Source: an uncultured virus (IMG/VR IMGVR_UViG_3300025732_000033) (taxonomy: Duplodnaviria > Heunggongvirae > Uroviricota > Caudoviricetes). Taken from it: a stretch of 64,000 bases of DNA. Below the pieces are notes generated by a model. It was not told the DNA's origin. It was given only the letters and a program-made list of their open reading frames with translations, and did not search any database. The stretch lies in IMG/VR virus record IMGVR_UViG_3300025732_000033. One strand, written 5' to 3'. Each line of letters starts with the position of its first letter. Position 1 is the first letter of the stretch. Both the position numbers and the translations under genes were made by a program. This document shows positions 8,115 to 19,120 of this stretch, piece by piece.

Positions 8115-10548
8115 TGATAAAATTGATAAAAATCTAAAAAAGTTCAATAAAGAACTTGAAGATGCTATTGATCCTTTAACTAGCGTTGTAACTCAAATAA
8201 AGGTGTTTGATAAAGTATTCTTAAAATTTTCAAACAACTTTATAGAAAGCACCAAACATTTAAACTTAAAAAGTTTTGGAACTAAGATAACTTCATTAGT
8301 TGATAAGCTGGGTGGTAGTGCAAAACAACTAGGATCAGCATTTAATAAACTTAAAAAAATAAATGAGCAGTTAACTAATTTTAAACTTCCAACAGGCATA
8401 GTTGGTAACCCGGCAGACTCAGGAACTAAGGGAACGGGAAATAAAACTCAAAATTACAATGATGCAATAAATGCCTTAGTCTCTAAAATGTCTGGAGTTA
8501 GAGGAAGAAGATCTGGGCAGATGGATGCTGCTTTTGATCAATTAGCATTACTTGATCAAGAATTAAAGAAAGCAGTCCCAGATATTACTGCGGTAAATGC
8601 TGCTTTTGATGCAATATTTACAACTCTGCAATCATCAAACAATAAAGGAGTTTTGAAAGCATTCCAAGATTACTTTGATGCGCTATCTAATGATCCAGCA
8701 TTAGCAGCAAAATTAGCCGCTGCAGCACAGTTGGCAAATGCTCCCGCTCCAGTTGCACCGCTGCCAGCACCAATAACTCCTCCTTTACCACCACCCCCAA
8801 ATAATCCACCAGGAAATCCCCCAGGCAACCCACCAGGAAATCCTCCTGGTAATCCCCCTCCCGGACAGAACCCTCCTGTAACTAGAAACCCAGTTCAATC
8901 TTGGTTTGGGAAGTTAATAAATAATATTCAACCCTCTGTGACTCCACTTTCTAGATCTTTTGACAATTTAGCAAGAAAAACTGAGTTAATTAACAGAAGG
9001 ATGGGTAGATTCCAAAGTAATATAGACTTAGCTGGAACTGATATTAAAAATCGTTTGGCTGGTGCTATAGCCAGACTACAGCTATCAACCACGGTTAAAA
9101 ATCCTAGAGATCCTAATTTTAGAAGAGTTGGTGTAGATGAGATGAGATCTGCAGTTTTGGCTGCAAGATCTTTAATAGATAGTGCATTAAAAAAACTTAC
9201 TGCTGCCTTTGATGAGATGACCGATAAATTCCAAGAGATGAATTTAAATGCTCTTAGAACTGGAACTACTCAAGGTCAAATTAGAGGTGAGGGTGCGGAT
9301 GTTCAAGGCGTTGCTTTAAACGACATGATGGAAGAGTTGATTGCTTTCAGAGAATCAGGAATTAAAAATTTAAATCAATCAACTAAAAATTTAATTGGAA
9401 CTATGAGGATGACTGGGCAAAACACCCAGACATTAATAAAATTCTTAGGGTCTAATGCAAATGAAACGCTTCTTTCCAGAGAGGCTTCAGAGAAGTTTGC
9501 AAGCGTTGTAGCTGATTCTGCACAAAAGTATGGTCAGTCTGCAGAAAATGTTATCAATGGTTTGAATGCGATGTCCAATGTTATAAAAAGATCAGAGGCA
9601 ATTGGATCAACTCAAATCAAAGAAGGTTTAGCGATATTACAAGCTCAAGCAGGCCCTGAGAATGCTCAAGCTATAAATGAGGCAATAAAATTTGCACTAG
9701 ACCCTGCAAACCTCGGTGCTGCGATAAGTATGGGACTTGGAGACAGTATTACCAAGTTACAAACGGCATCAACCGGACAAGGTGCCGCTATGGCAATTAA
9801 AGAAATAATTGCAAAAGGTGGTGCAGCGGTTGCCTCAAGAACTCAGGATGTTGGAACTGGTCCTGATGCTCAAATGAGATTGCTTGCTTCTTTGGAGACG
9901 CTGGGTGGTGAACAGGCACTGTCACTACAGCAAGCTAACGTTGCAATGCAAAATCTTACAACGACAATGCAGCCAATGAAGCAGATTGCTGATACGTTGC
10001 AAGCTATTTGGAATGAAATTAAAAAACCATTAGAACAGATGGCAAGTATGTTTGCACAACTTCTACAAGTTGTTGTAGAGATTTTATCCCCTATTCTTAA
10101 ATTACTTGCTCCAGTAATTGGTTTTATTGCTAGCTTAGTTGTTTTCTTTGCAAAAATTTATATTTATATATCATTTTTAAGAAAAATAGTAACAATTATC
10201 TCTTGGGTCTGGAGAGGTATATCTTTACTAGTATCTATACTAAATCCAATAGGTTTAGCTATAGCTGCAATAGTTGCAATAGCTGCTGGTATTTGGTGGT
10301 TAGTTGGAACTACTAAGAAAATTGAAAAGAAGATTCCAGATCCAAAAATGGATGATAACAGACAAAGATTTGATAATTTATTATTAAGATCTTTGAACTC
10401 ATCTATTCAAGCTATTAGCGAAAATCAAAGATACAGTGATGCAGCTTTAGGTTTATTGGCTGAAGTTGCAGGGCATGGAAAGAATACTAATGAACAACTA
10501 AATGATATACAAAGAGCTAAAAAGTTTACTCCAAGTGAGGCGAGATAA
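8104..10548 (+). CDS. Tape measure protein
   Basis: Long Ala/Gly/Gln-rich helical protein with a C-terminal hydrophobic stretch (NPIGLAIAAIVAIAAGIWWL), directly upstream of the baseplate genes. Confidence 0.75.
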   Translation: MADNDKIDKNLKKFNKELEDAIDPLTSVVTQIKVFDKVFLKFSNNFIESTKHLNLKSFGTKITSLVDKLGGSAKQLGSAFNKLKKINEQLTNFKLPTGIVGNPADSGTKGTGNKTQNYNDAINALVSKMSGVRGRRSGQMDAAFDQLALLDQELKKAVPDITAVNAAFDAIFTTLQSSNNKGVLKAFQDYFDALSNDPALAAKLAAAAQLANAPAPVAPLPAPITPPLPPPPNNPPGNPPGNPPGNPPGNPPPGQNPPVTRNPVQSWFGKLINNIQPSVTPLSRSFDNLARKTELINRRMGRFQSNIDLAGTDIKNRLAGAIARLQLSTTVKNPRDPNFRRVGVDEMRSAVLAARSLIDSALKKLTAAFDEMTDKFQEMNLNALRTGTTQGQIRGEGADVQGVALNDMMEELIAFRESGIKNLNQSTKNLIGTMRMTGQNTQTLIKFLGSNANETLLSREASEKFASVVADSAQKYGQSAENVINGLNAMSNVIKRSEAIGSTQIKEGLAILQAQAGPENAQAINEAIKFALDPANLGAAISMGLGDSITKLQTASTGQGAAMAIKEIIAKGGAAVASRTQDVGTGPDAQMRLLASLETLGGEQALSLQQANVAMQNLTTTMQPMKQIADTLQAIWNEIKKPLEQMASMFAQLLQVVVEILSPILKLLAPVIGFIASLVVFFAKIYIYISFLRKIVTIISWVWRGISLLVSILNPIGLAIAAIVAIAAGIWWLVGTTKKIEKKIPDPKMDDNRQRFDNLLLRSLNSSIQAISENQRYSDAALGLLAEVAGHGKNTNEQLNDIQRAKKFTPSEAR
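8740..8880 (+). repeat. Pro-rich / NPPG tandem coding repeat inside the tape measure gene
   Basis: APAPVAPLPAPITPPLPPPPN(NPPG)4NPPPGQNPP; the 12-nt units use different synonymous codons. Confidence 0.9.
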
Positions 10549-10550
10549 TA

Positions 10551-11819
10551 ATGTTTAATCAAAATATAAAACCTAGAGCATTACCAGAAAGATCTTTTTT
10601 GTATTTTAGATATCCTCAACCGGAGACAAATAAGTTTTTAGATTTTTATATTCCGATGTTAGAAAATTGTCAAATATCTGAATCACAAAAACCAAATTTA
10701 AATACTTATGAATTGGTAGGGAGACCAGGAAGTTTATTTTCTTATCATGGTTCAAAGTCTAGAGATATTAAATTAAATTTTAATATTACTCTCGCTAACG
10801 TTGTTGAATATTTAACTTTGTATAGTATGGATTCAAGATTTGATCCTCAGTTTAGAATGTATAAAGAAGATAAAGAGCAGAGAAAATCTTTATTTTTTAG
10901 AGGAAAACAATATACTAGTAAGTACATACCATTTTTTAATTTAACTTCCGATGAATTTGCTGAACATTTAAAATCTAAATTAAGTATACCACAAAGAACA
11001 ACTTCACCTTTAAATTTAAACACACTTAGAACTGCACTTAGTGATAGTAATAGAGCTTTGAGGAAAGCTGTAGATTTGATTATTCTTTGGACTGCTACAC
11101 TTAGATCTAGTGTTATTAATAACTCTTTAGATACTAGTTTAGGGCCACCATCTATTTATTTAACTCACGGGTCTATGTATAGAAATATACCTTGTGTTTG
11201 CACCGGAGTTAGTATAAAAATAAAAGAAAATTACGGATACGATATAATTTCATTTACTCCTAAAGTTATTGAAGTTAGTTTAGATTTATCAGAGAACAGA
11301 GTCGGTGACTTTGGTAAGTATGAACCATTTGAAAGAATCTCAGGGGATAATGTTACTGGATGGGAGTCTGTTATAAAGTATGGAACCATGGACCCTTGGA
11401 GTAATATTTCTGATAGATACACTGGATCTATAAATTCTTTATATGATGAAATAATGAAAAGAACTTTAAACCAGGATGAACGTGCGGCACCTAAAGAACT
11501 TGAATCTGGCCCACAAGCTAGAGAGGGTCAGATAGAGGGAGCACAGAATGATGTTGTCGATTTCAATAGAATAGAAATTCAATTAGAAGGTAAAGAATCT
11601 GGATTAAATGAATCTGTTAGATTACCTTTGAAGTCTGGAGATACATCCCAGAAAGATACAGACTTTACACAGAATCCAATATTTAGACCAAGAGATCCAC
11701 TGACTATGGGAGATAATGAAGGTAGGATTAAAGACACTGATCCTAACCCTCAACCTAGACTAGTGGAGCAGCGTAAAAAGGGATTGGGTAGAAATGTTGG
11801 TCCATATTTTAGGTATTAA
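10551..11819 (+). CDS. Tail tube initiator/baseplate protein (gp48/gp54-like fold)
   Basis: Between TMP and gp53. ISES...YELVGRP..LFSY..S.SRDI.LNF and PP..YL..G.MY..IPCV pattern of tube-like proteins. Confidence 0.6.
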   Translation: MFNQNIKPRALPERSFLYFRYPQPETNKFLDFYIPMLENCQISESQKPNLNTYELVGRPGSLFSYHGSKSRDIKLNFNITLANVVEYLTLYSMDSRFDPQFRMYKEDKEQRKSLFFRGKQYTSKYIPFFNLTSDEFAEHLKSKLSIPQRTTSPLNLNTLRTALSDSNRALRKAVDLIILWTATLRSSVINNSLDTSLGPPSIYLTHGSMYRNIPCVCTGVSIKIKENYGYDIISFTPKVIEVSLDLSENRVGDFGKYEPFERISGDNVTGWESVIKYGTMDPWSNISDRYTGSINSLYDEIMKRTLNQDERAAPKELESGPQAREGQIEGAQNDVVDFNRIEIQLEGKESGLNESVRLPLKSGDTSQKDTDFTQNPIFRPRDPLTMGDNEGRIKDTDPNPQPRLVEQRKKGLGRNVGPYFRY

Positions 11820-11821
11820 TT

Positions 11822-12112
11822 ATGAGATACATTAATCATTATACTATTGGATTTAATGAAATAAATCATAGAAATAAAACCATAGCAACATCATTAATTT
11901 CATCTAAATTTCAAGATTATATGGAAGATTTAAAAAATAAAGAATTTGATGTTGGCTTTATTCCTGCAGGTTATGAACATAGACCTGATTTAATTTCTGA
12001 TTTGTTCTATAATACAGTAACTAATGATTGGATTATTATGGCTTTTAATAATATATCAGATCCATTTCAAGAGTTGAACGTTGGTGATAAGATACTAATA
12101 CCTAAGTTGTAA
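11822..12112 (+). CDS. gp53: Baseplate wedge gp53-like / LysM protein
   Basis: RPDLISDLFY....WIIM.FNNI.DPF..L..G..I.IP. Confidence 0.85.
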   Translation: MRYINHYTIGFNEINHRNKTIATSLISSKFQDYMEDLKNKEFDVGFIPAGYEHRPDLISDLFYNTVTNDWIIMAFNNISDPFQELNVGDKILIPKL

Positions 12113-12113
12113 A

Positions 12114-15100
12114 ATGTCAAAAATATTTGTACCTAATGTTATTATAAGCACAAAATACGATCATTTTTTGCCATTTATATCAAGTGAAAAATCTAAATCA
12201 TTTTCATTTGAAAACATTAAGGAAGACGAGAATACTTTAGTAATAAGCCCAGCTAACAATAGATATCTAAATTCTTTTGAGTATGGTATAGGGATGCCAG
12301 AACAAAAGACTGCAAAACTTGTATTGAAGTTGATTGATACTGATAATTATATTCAAAGTAAATTTTTAAGTAATTCCGTAATAACGGACATGCTTGCCCA
12401 CCAGCTTGAGGAATCAATAAGAAAAAAAGAGTATTTTGGAAATGATCCTGATTACTACAATGACAGAATTAATACTGATTTAAAAATTTATTTTGCTTTT
12501 GGAATTGGTAATGATTTAAATAATTGGGCTGGACCATATATTGCAACTTTGTTTAATTCCACGTTGGATATTAGCAAAGGTGTTAGAGAAGTTACTTTAG
12601 AATTTTTTCCAACAACTTCATATTTATTTAGAAAAAGATTAGATGGGGATAAGCACGACCCACAACCCTATGAGCAATTTAACGCTGGTGGAGCCAATAT
12701 AAAGACTATAGGTATTTATCATTTTGATGTTGGTAAAGTTAAGAACGGTGAAGAAATAACTTCGATAGCTTCAGATATAATAAAAAATGTTTATTCTAAT
12801 TATTTAAAACAAATTTGTAAAACTAATAACATCATATTTCTTTTCCCAAGTTTAGAAAGCACAGAGGGTGGAAACATAAGTGATTATTTCCACCTTAAAG
12901 CTAAACAGTGGAAGGATTCTCACCCATTCAAGAATACTTTTAGATGGGCATCAACTCTTAGATTTGATATGTTTGCCAAAGTGATGAGGGAATTAGGAAT
13001 AAAAATTAAAGAAGATAATAGTGAGGAAAATAAAGCAACAAGAGAATATGTTGTTGAAACTTTAAAAAATCCAAAAATAGGATTTACTGATATAAAGAAT
13101 GAGCAGTTACAGTCAGAGCAAACCAAAGATGGTAATGGAGTTGCTATAGTTGATTGCCAATCTTCTGATGAAGGTAATAATGCTAATGCAGCAAATAAAG
13201 ATGACACCAATATACCTAACTGGTGGAGACCATTACAGACATTTGAAGAAGGACTTCAAAAAATTATTCCCGGTTTAGCAGGGTCAATAACTTGTTTCCA
13301 AGAAAACGATTTACAATGGATTTCCCTTTGGAATAAGCAGGGTTTAATACCTAATGCAAACGAACCTTGCACAATAATAGGTGTTGATCAAATGATATAT
13401 GATCATTTGTATCAAAATCAGGGTGGGCAAACAGTAGAGACAAAAGATAAATATAAATCAAAATATAAATTTAATTCTACCGACAAAAAGATTGAGCAAG
13501 TATTGACTAGTGATGCATATAAGCAAGCTGCTATCAAATTAAATTATAAAAATAAAAATAACTCATCATTTAATGAAAAATTAATTACTGATGAATTAAG
13601 TTTTAGTGAGCAATCAAATGAGTATAATATAATGGCAAATGCTATTGAATTAACTAAAAAAACAGATATACCTTTGTTCACTTACAATTTATTTAATTCA
13701 AATGTTTTAGATGTTAATGTTGAAATAAATCAAAATTATTTCAATGCAATGAACTTTGCTGTAAGAGAAGATAGGCACAAAAAATTTGGCCACATAATTT
13801 TAGAAAAGAATAATCAAATAAAAGATATTATCGACCCTGATGGTCAGGTATCCCTAGCATTGCAGGAAGTTGATAAGAGAATGGGTCCTGGATCAAAAGA
13901 AAAATTAGATACCAGAGAAATTGAATTAATTAAAGATGATAAACTTCCTGACCCACAACTAATAAAGTTAAAACCATATCTTACAAAATTAAATGAACAG
14001 GGAATAACATACAGGCAAATAGCTTATTTAAATGTTCTTATAGATTTAAAAAACAATGGTAAGCTATCAAAAGTAAATCCAGATGCATTGGTATCTGTTG
14101 CACAATTTTTGGAACGTAGGAATGAAGCTTTAACTTTAAATTCAGGTAACTTTGCAATTCCAAAAGACAGGGGTGCTTCTAAAGATACTGTAATGGGTGA
14201 AATTTTTGATTATATGTATAAATCTTTTTTATCAATACAATTAAGAACTTTGCCATTCTTTCATCTTTCTGGCTGGAACTTACTACAAAGACCAGCGATT
14301 ATATTAGCTAAAAGAGTAAACATAATTAATCCATTAAATTCTAATTGGAGTAGAGATAACCTGTTTGAATTTTATAATGGAATTTACACTATCACAGGAT
14401 TTAAACACGTAATAAATACTAAAGAAGCTTATTCAGAATTTAAATTAATTAAGAATCAAATATCTTTAGATGATTCCACTACTTTAAATAATAAATCTTA
14501 TAATTTAAATGAACAACAAATAAAAGATTTTGAAGAAAATGGAAATACTAGAAAAGTCATATCAGATAGACTTAAAGGAAAACTTGGAATTAAATCACCT
14601 GATGAATTAGCTCTTGAAAATGAGCAAAAGAAAAAAACATCAGATCGACCAAAATCTAAATCAAGTAAAACTCCAACCTTTGGCAAGCCCTCTGGTTATG
14701 ATAGATTAAGTGAGGGGGATAAAAAACTTTGGGATTCTTTAAGTGCTGAAGAACAAGATGAAATTATTTCTCAAACTCCATATCTTACCTATGATTCTTT
14801 TTATGCTTATAGAAATGCAAAAATTAAAAAATCAAACGAAGATAATGATAAAATTGAAAAAAATCCTGCAAGAATTGATAGACCACTAGGATATGATAAA
14901 TTAACCGAAATTAATAAACAAGGCTGGGATTTCATTAATCCAGACCACAAACAAAGGATATTATCCGAAAAACATCGTAGTACCTTTGACGGGAACATTA
15001 ATGGTAATTATTTTCGTTTTATTTACGATGGAAAAACTAAATCATTATATAATTCAGAAGTGGATATTCCACAGCCCCCACCGCCATCACCGCCACCACC

Positions 15101-15146
15101 AAATCCGGCGATGGGCACGGGATCTTCAAGTCGTGCAACGCCATAG
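12114..15146 (+). CDS. Large baseplate hub protein (gp27/gpD-like position)
   Basis: Between gp53 and gp5; FYNGIYTITGFKHVI....YSEFKL hub-type motif. Confidence 0.55.
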   Translation: MSKIFVPNVIISTKYDHFLPFISSEKSKSFSFENIKEDENTLVISPANNRYLNSFEYGIGMPEQKTAKLVLKLIDTDNYIQSKFLSNSVITDMLAHQLEESIRKKEYFGNDPDYYNDRINTDLKIYFAFGIGNDLNNWAGPYIATLFNSTLDISKGVREVTLEFFPTTSYLFRKRLDGDKHDPQPYEQFNAGGANIKTIGIYHFDVGKVKNGEEITSIASDIIKNVYSNYLKQICKTNNIIFLFPSLESTEGGNISDYFHLKAKQWKDSHPFKNTFRWASTLRFDMFAKVMRELGIKIKEDNSEENKATREYVVETLKNPKIGFTDIKNEQLQSEQTKDGNGVAIVDCQSSDEGNNANAANKDDTNIPNWWRPLQTFEEGLQKIIPGLAGSITCFQENDLQWISLWNKQGLIPNANEPCTIIGVDQMIYDHLYQNQGGQTVETKDKYKSKYKFNSTDKKIEQVLTSDAYKQAAIKLNYKNKNNSSFNEKLITDELSFSEQSNEYNIMANAIELTKKTDIPLFTYNLFNSNVLDVNVEINQNYFNAMNFAVREDRHKKFGHIILEKNNQIKDIIDPDGQVSLALQEVDKRMGPGSKEKLDTREIELIKDDKLPDPQLIKLKPYLTKLNEQGITYRQIAYLNVLIDLKNNGKLSKVNPDALVSVAQFLERRNEALTLNSGNFAIPKDRGASKDTVMGEIFDYMYKSFLSIQLRTLPFFHLSGWNLLQRPAIILAKRVNIINPLNSNWSRDNLFEFYNGIYTITGFKHVINTKEAYSEFKLIKNQISLDDSTTLNNKSYNLNEQQIKDFEENGNTRKVISDRLKGKLGIKSPDELALENEQKKKTSDRPKSKSSKTPTFGKPSGYDRLSEGDKKLWDSLSAEEQDEIISQTPYLTYDSFYAYRNAKIKKSNEDNDKIEKNPARIDRPLGYDKLTEINKQGWDFINPDHKQRILSEKHRSTFDGNINGNYFRFIYDGKTKSLYNSEVDIPQPPPPSPPPPNPAMGTGSSSRATP

Positions 15147-15160
15147 AATAGGTAAATACA

Positions 15161-16267
15161 ATGAAAATTTATAGAGGAGTTGTAACATCAAATGCTGACT
15201 CTACCAGATCTGGCAGATTAAAAGCAAAACAAGTAAATGCGGGATCTTCAGATGATAATTCAATCTTAAATATAATTTATACCTCACCTTATTTTAATAG
15301 AAATGAAGGTGGAGTATTGGCGATACCTGAGGTTGGTTCTGAAATTTTATTTGTGTATGATGAAGAATATCAAGAGTATTATTACTTATCAACTATAGTA
15401 AATCAATCAGATTCTCTTGGAGTTCATAACTCAAAAATAAATGTTCCATTAATTAATGAAACTATTCTTTATAATGAGAATGATATACCTCAAGCGATAA
15501 CATTTAAAGATGCTAAGGGAGCAGGGCTGAAGGTATCAAATTACTATACCCCTGAGCAAATTTCTGCGAGAGTTGAACTAGAGAGTGCAGCTAATCACAA
15601 GCTGCTTCTAAGTGATTCCCCAAAAATGGATGGAGTAATTCTTAGAAACAGAAGTGGTGATGGTATTGTTATAACTGATCAAGCGAATGACCAGCACTCA
15701 GCTAGAAGTATTGAGACTAAAACTAAAGGTGCTCAAAGAAGTATAGTTAGGGAATCTGAATATTTAGTAGTTGTTGCTGATGGAAGAGATTTAACTTTAT
15801 ATAACCATTCAACTGGAAAATTTAAAGATGATAATGCTCCAAGACAGTATGGGAACATAAATCTTAATAGTAACAATAAAGACGTTAATTTATTTACTAA
15901 TGGGACTTCTGGATGTATCTATGTTACTACCCACGGGGGAGATAGCTTAGTCCAAATTAATTCTTTGGGAGAGATCAAAATTTATTCTAAAAAGAATTTA
16001 AGCATCAAAGTTGATGGAGATATTTTAATGAAATCAAAAAATATATCCATGGACGCTGAAAATATCAATCTCAAAGCTAGCCAAAATATTCAAATTAAAG
16101 CTACTAGTAAAGTAAAGGCAGAGGGAACTGGGGGTATGGACTTTGGTAACGGTAGCAGCCCCTTACACTTAAACAAGGTAGGGGGTGCTCAGGCTACCCC
16201 GCCAGCCGTAAATATACCAAGTCCAACCACCCACCCATATGAGGATAAACCACTATTACCTCAATAG
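15161..16267 (+). CDS. gp5: Central spike gp5/gpV-like protein
   Basis: YRGVV..N.D....GRLK OB-fold start, IPEVGSEI, C-terminal beta-repeat (NINLKASQNIQIKA). Confidence 0.8.
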   Translation: MKIYRGVVTSNADSTRSGRLKAKQVNAGSSDDNSILNIIYTSPYFNRNEGGVLAIPEVGSEILFVYDEEYQEYYYLSTIVNQSDSLGVHNSKINVPLINETILYNENDIPQAITFKDAKGAGLKVSNYYTPEQISARVELESAANHKLLLSDSPKMDGVILRNRSGDGIVITDQANDQHSARSIETKTKGAQRSIVRESEYLVVVADGRDLTLYNHSTGKFKDDNAPRQYGNINLNSNNKDVNLFTNGTSGCIYVTTHGGDSLVQINSLGEIKIYSKKNLSIKVDGDILMKSKNISMDAENINLKASQNIQIKATSKVKAEGTGGMDFGNGSSPLHLNKVGGAQATPPAVNIPSPTTHPYEDKPLLPQ

Positions 16268-16296
16268 GGACCTAACTAGTTAAGGAGAAATTATAA

Positions 16297-19083
16297 ATGG
16301 CTGTTTTTGATATTAAAACTTTTCTTTCAATGTCCGCAAGAGCGCCAAACGGTGTTCGCGGTCTCGCTACGTCCATAGGAACCTCCTTTGGATTTCCAAG
16401 CTGTTTATTAAATTTAACACAAGACTTACTTAACTTAATACCATCCAAGATTTTAAATGGTGTATCAAAAGATGCTAAGAATGGCCGAGATAGGGCAGAC
16501 GATGTTATAAAGGGTGTAATATCCAAAGTTCGATGGCTAAATGGCATTATTGAATTTGACACTGATGAGGGGATATTTAAGTTTATATCAGATACTTCTG
16601 AAGATGGAATGGATAGAGATGAGGGCGAAGAATCCAATAACCTAGGTGGATTTTTAAATGGCATTGCTACCGCTGCTCAGTTTGCAGGAAGAATGTATCA
16701 AAATATTCAGTCTGGTATTAATCAAATTAATAACATTAGAGAATGTTTTAAAAGTTACAAAGATTATTTGGACCATAGCGGTGGAAATGGAGCTAAGAAA
16801 AGAGAAGAGTTATTTAATTTAGATCCTGAGGAATACAAGAGAACTGTAGAAGCTGCTTATGAAGTTGATAGACAAAACGTTGATAATGCAATAAGATTTA
16901 TTGAAAAAGCTGATTCTTTAATTGATAGTATTGCTAAGACTCTATTAGATAGACAATTAAATCCTAGCCTAGAGCCTGTATTCACTTCCGATTATATTGA
17001 TGCTCTGTCTGGAACTACCCTGTTCATAGCGATGCCAGACACGTATAACACTATTAGAAGTGTCTACGGTAGAGACGCTAGTGGAATGCAAGCAGGTATG
17101 GAATCTGAGGTATTTAGACTTGTATATGGTCCACCTAAATCTAAGACCGGGCAGTTTGTATTCTCAAAAGACGGGCTGTATTATGATTCCCAAGTTAGTG
17201 GGCTATACCCTGCACTGTTAGAACTTAATGTAAGAAATAAACAAATAGATCCTGGGGATAGGTGGAAGTTTGAGCAAGATCCTAACTTGGGTGGAAGAGG
17301 TAAAGGATTCTCTACAAAAGATCTAAATTTATATTTTAATACAATATTAGATCCAAACATAATTGACAACTCAGTATCGTTACAAGCTTATTATAATAAA
17401 GATGGTTATTTACAAGATTTGATCGGAGAAAGAAATAAAAGAATTTACGATCTATCTGCTCAAATTACCCAACTTGAGGTTAACAGCCAGCCACAGTCAG
17501 TAATTTATAATCACAAGCAAGCGTTGATATCTGAGAATGCAAACCATCAAGAGAAGATAAATAAGAGAAAGAAGCAAATTGAATTAGCTATAAAAATACC
17601 GGGAATATACAAAAATAAAATTTTATATAATCCTGGAGAAGTCCCATTAAATGATTTCTCTTACTTGGAAGGTTTGAATATTTCTTTAGATATTCAAAAA
17701 CAAAAATCAATAGTTATTACTCAGGATGATGTTAGAGGTAGTGTATTACCTATAACTGCACCGACTTACGTAATAGCTCCAGAGCATAGTAAGAATACTG
17801 TAATTGACCATCTAATATTGACTGATATTGGAGAGGGCGCAATCCTACGCGAGGGTAATACTGTAAACTCAGTGTCTGCCCAGACTTACGAAATAACTGA
17901 TGAGGTTGTTAATGATTCTCTCTATGCAATGTATAACTTCTTAGAAACTAATATTGAAACTCCAAGTTCAACTGCTAACCTTTTAAGAAATTATGCATCT
18001 GAAACTAACTTAGGTTATGGGCAATTAGTTGCAAATAATATACAGGATGTATTTAGTAAGGGGTTAGGTATTGCTTATTTAAGCGGAATAACTAGACATT
18101 CAACTACCGATGCTAGGTATCCAAGTGCTTTAGGTTCTTATGTTAAGTTGCCAGATGAGGCAGATTTCAACGATTTATTATACCACAAAAACGGAGCTAC
18201 TATAGACTTCTGGGTTCACTTACCTAAGTTTAATGATCCCGATGCTGGCTTTGGTGGTGGAACTAACGTTTCTGGATTGTATAGATTAATTTTAGCAAAT
18301 GAAAATGTTGGTGTAACTGGAAACCTGAGTTCATCAACAAACGATGACGCTAAGTTCTTTAATTTTAGTGATAATGTTGTTAATGGATTTGTGATGGGAT
18401 TTACCAGAGATAGAAGACTGGTAAGTTCTGAAGCTCCTAGCAATGATAGCTCTTTAAATCCAAGTTCAAATATTTCTTTCTTCTTAGCTCCAACTCAATC
18501 TCTAAGTGTTTCATCTGCAGGATTTATTAATAGAAACTTTAAAGATTATTTAAACTGTAATTCTGGAACTACTTATCACTGCATGGTTCAGAATATATAC
18601 GATAGATTTAATGGTAATGCATACTCAGCTTGTGGTAATACCTTCTGCCATATAAGTGTTACGTTTGATCCAAATAATGATCAGGTTAGGTTTTACTTAG
18701 ATGGTGTTAATACTACAACCTCATCTTTATCTAATATCTTTGGTGTTGAGCCTTATGAGATGCCTAAGATACCCTCATTTAAGAAAGGTAATAGCTTTGA
18801 ATATAAATCTACCACTGTAGGTTCCTTAGCACCAAACTCTTTGAAATCAGGTCCAAAATTAAATACTTACTTTACTCCTTGGATAGTTGGTGGTGGCTAT
18901 ACTGACGGGATGTCTCAGTATGGAAACTTTATGGGTGGTAAGTATGGCGGAATCATAAGTGGATTAAAAGGCTATTTAGGTAGTTTTAAATTATATAAAA
19001 AGCCATTAAGTTCCGATGAGGTTGCCACTAACTACAGGGCACAAAAAGAATTCTTTAAAAATATAGACACGTTACTACTTTAA
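16297..19083 (+). CDS. Virion protein with C-terminal LamG/ConA-like domain
   Basis: ATIDFWVH, HISVTFD...VRFYLDG, LKGYLGSFKLYKKPLS..EV..NY. Confidence 0.7.
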   Translation: MAVFDIKTFLSMSARAPNGVRGLATSIGTSFGFPSCLLNLTQDLLNLIPSKILNGVSKDAKNGRDRADDVIKGVISKVRWLNGIIEFDTDEGIFKFISDTSEDGMDRDEGEESNNLGGFLNGIATAAQFAGRMYQNIQSGINQINNIRECFKSYKDYLDHSGGNGAKKREELFNLDPEEYKRTVEAAYEVDRQNVDNAIRFIEKADSLIDSIAKTLLDRQLNPSLEPVFTSDYIDALSGTTLFIAMPDTYNTIRSVYGRDASGMQAGMESEVFRLVYGPPKSKTGQFVFSKDGLYYDSQVSGLYPALLELNVRNKQIDPGDRWKFEQDPNLGGRGKGFSTKDLNLYFNTILDPNIIDNSVSLQAYYNKDGYLQDLIGERNKRIYDLSAQITQLEVNSQPQSVIYNHKQALISENANHQEKINKRKKQIELAIKIPGIYKNKILYNPGEVPLNDFSYLEGLNISLDIQKQKSIVITQDDVRGSVLPITAPTYVIAPEHSKNTVIDHLILTDIGEGAILREGNTVNSVSAQTYEITDEVVNDSLYAMYNFLETNIETPSSTANLLRNYASETNLGYGQLVANNIQDVFSKGLGIAYLSGITRHSTTDARYPSALGSYVKLPDEADFNDLLYHKNGATIDFWVHLPKFNDPDAGFGGGTNVSGLYRLILANENVGVTGNLSSSTNDDAKFFNFSDNVVNGFVMGFTRDRRLVSSEAPSNDSSLNPSSNISFFLAPTQSLSVSSAGFINRNFKDYLNCNSGTTYHCMVQNIYDRFNGNAYSACGNTFCHISVTFDPNNDQVRFYLDGVNTTTSSLSNIFGVEPYEMPKIPSFKKGNSFEYKSTTVGSLAPNSLKSGPKLNTYFTPWIVGGGYTDGMSQYGNFMGGKYGGIISGLKGYLGSFKLYKKPLSSDEVATNYRAQKEFFKNIDTLLL

Positions 19084-19120
19084 AATAACCACACTATATA
19101 TAATTAATTGGATTAATTAA

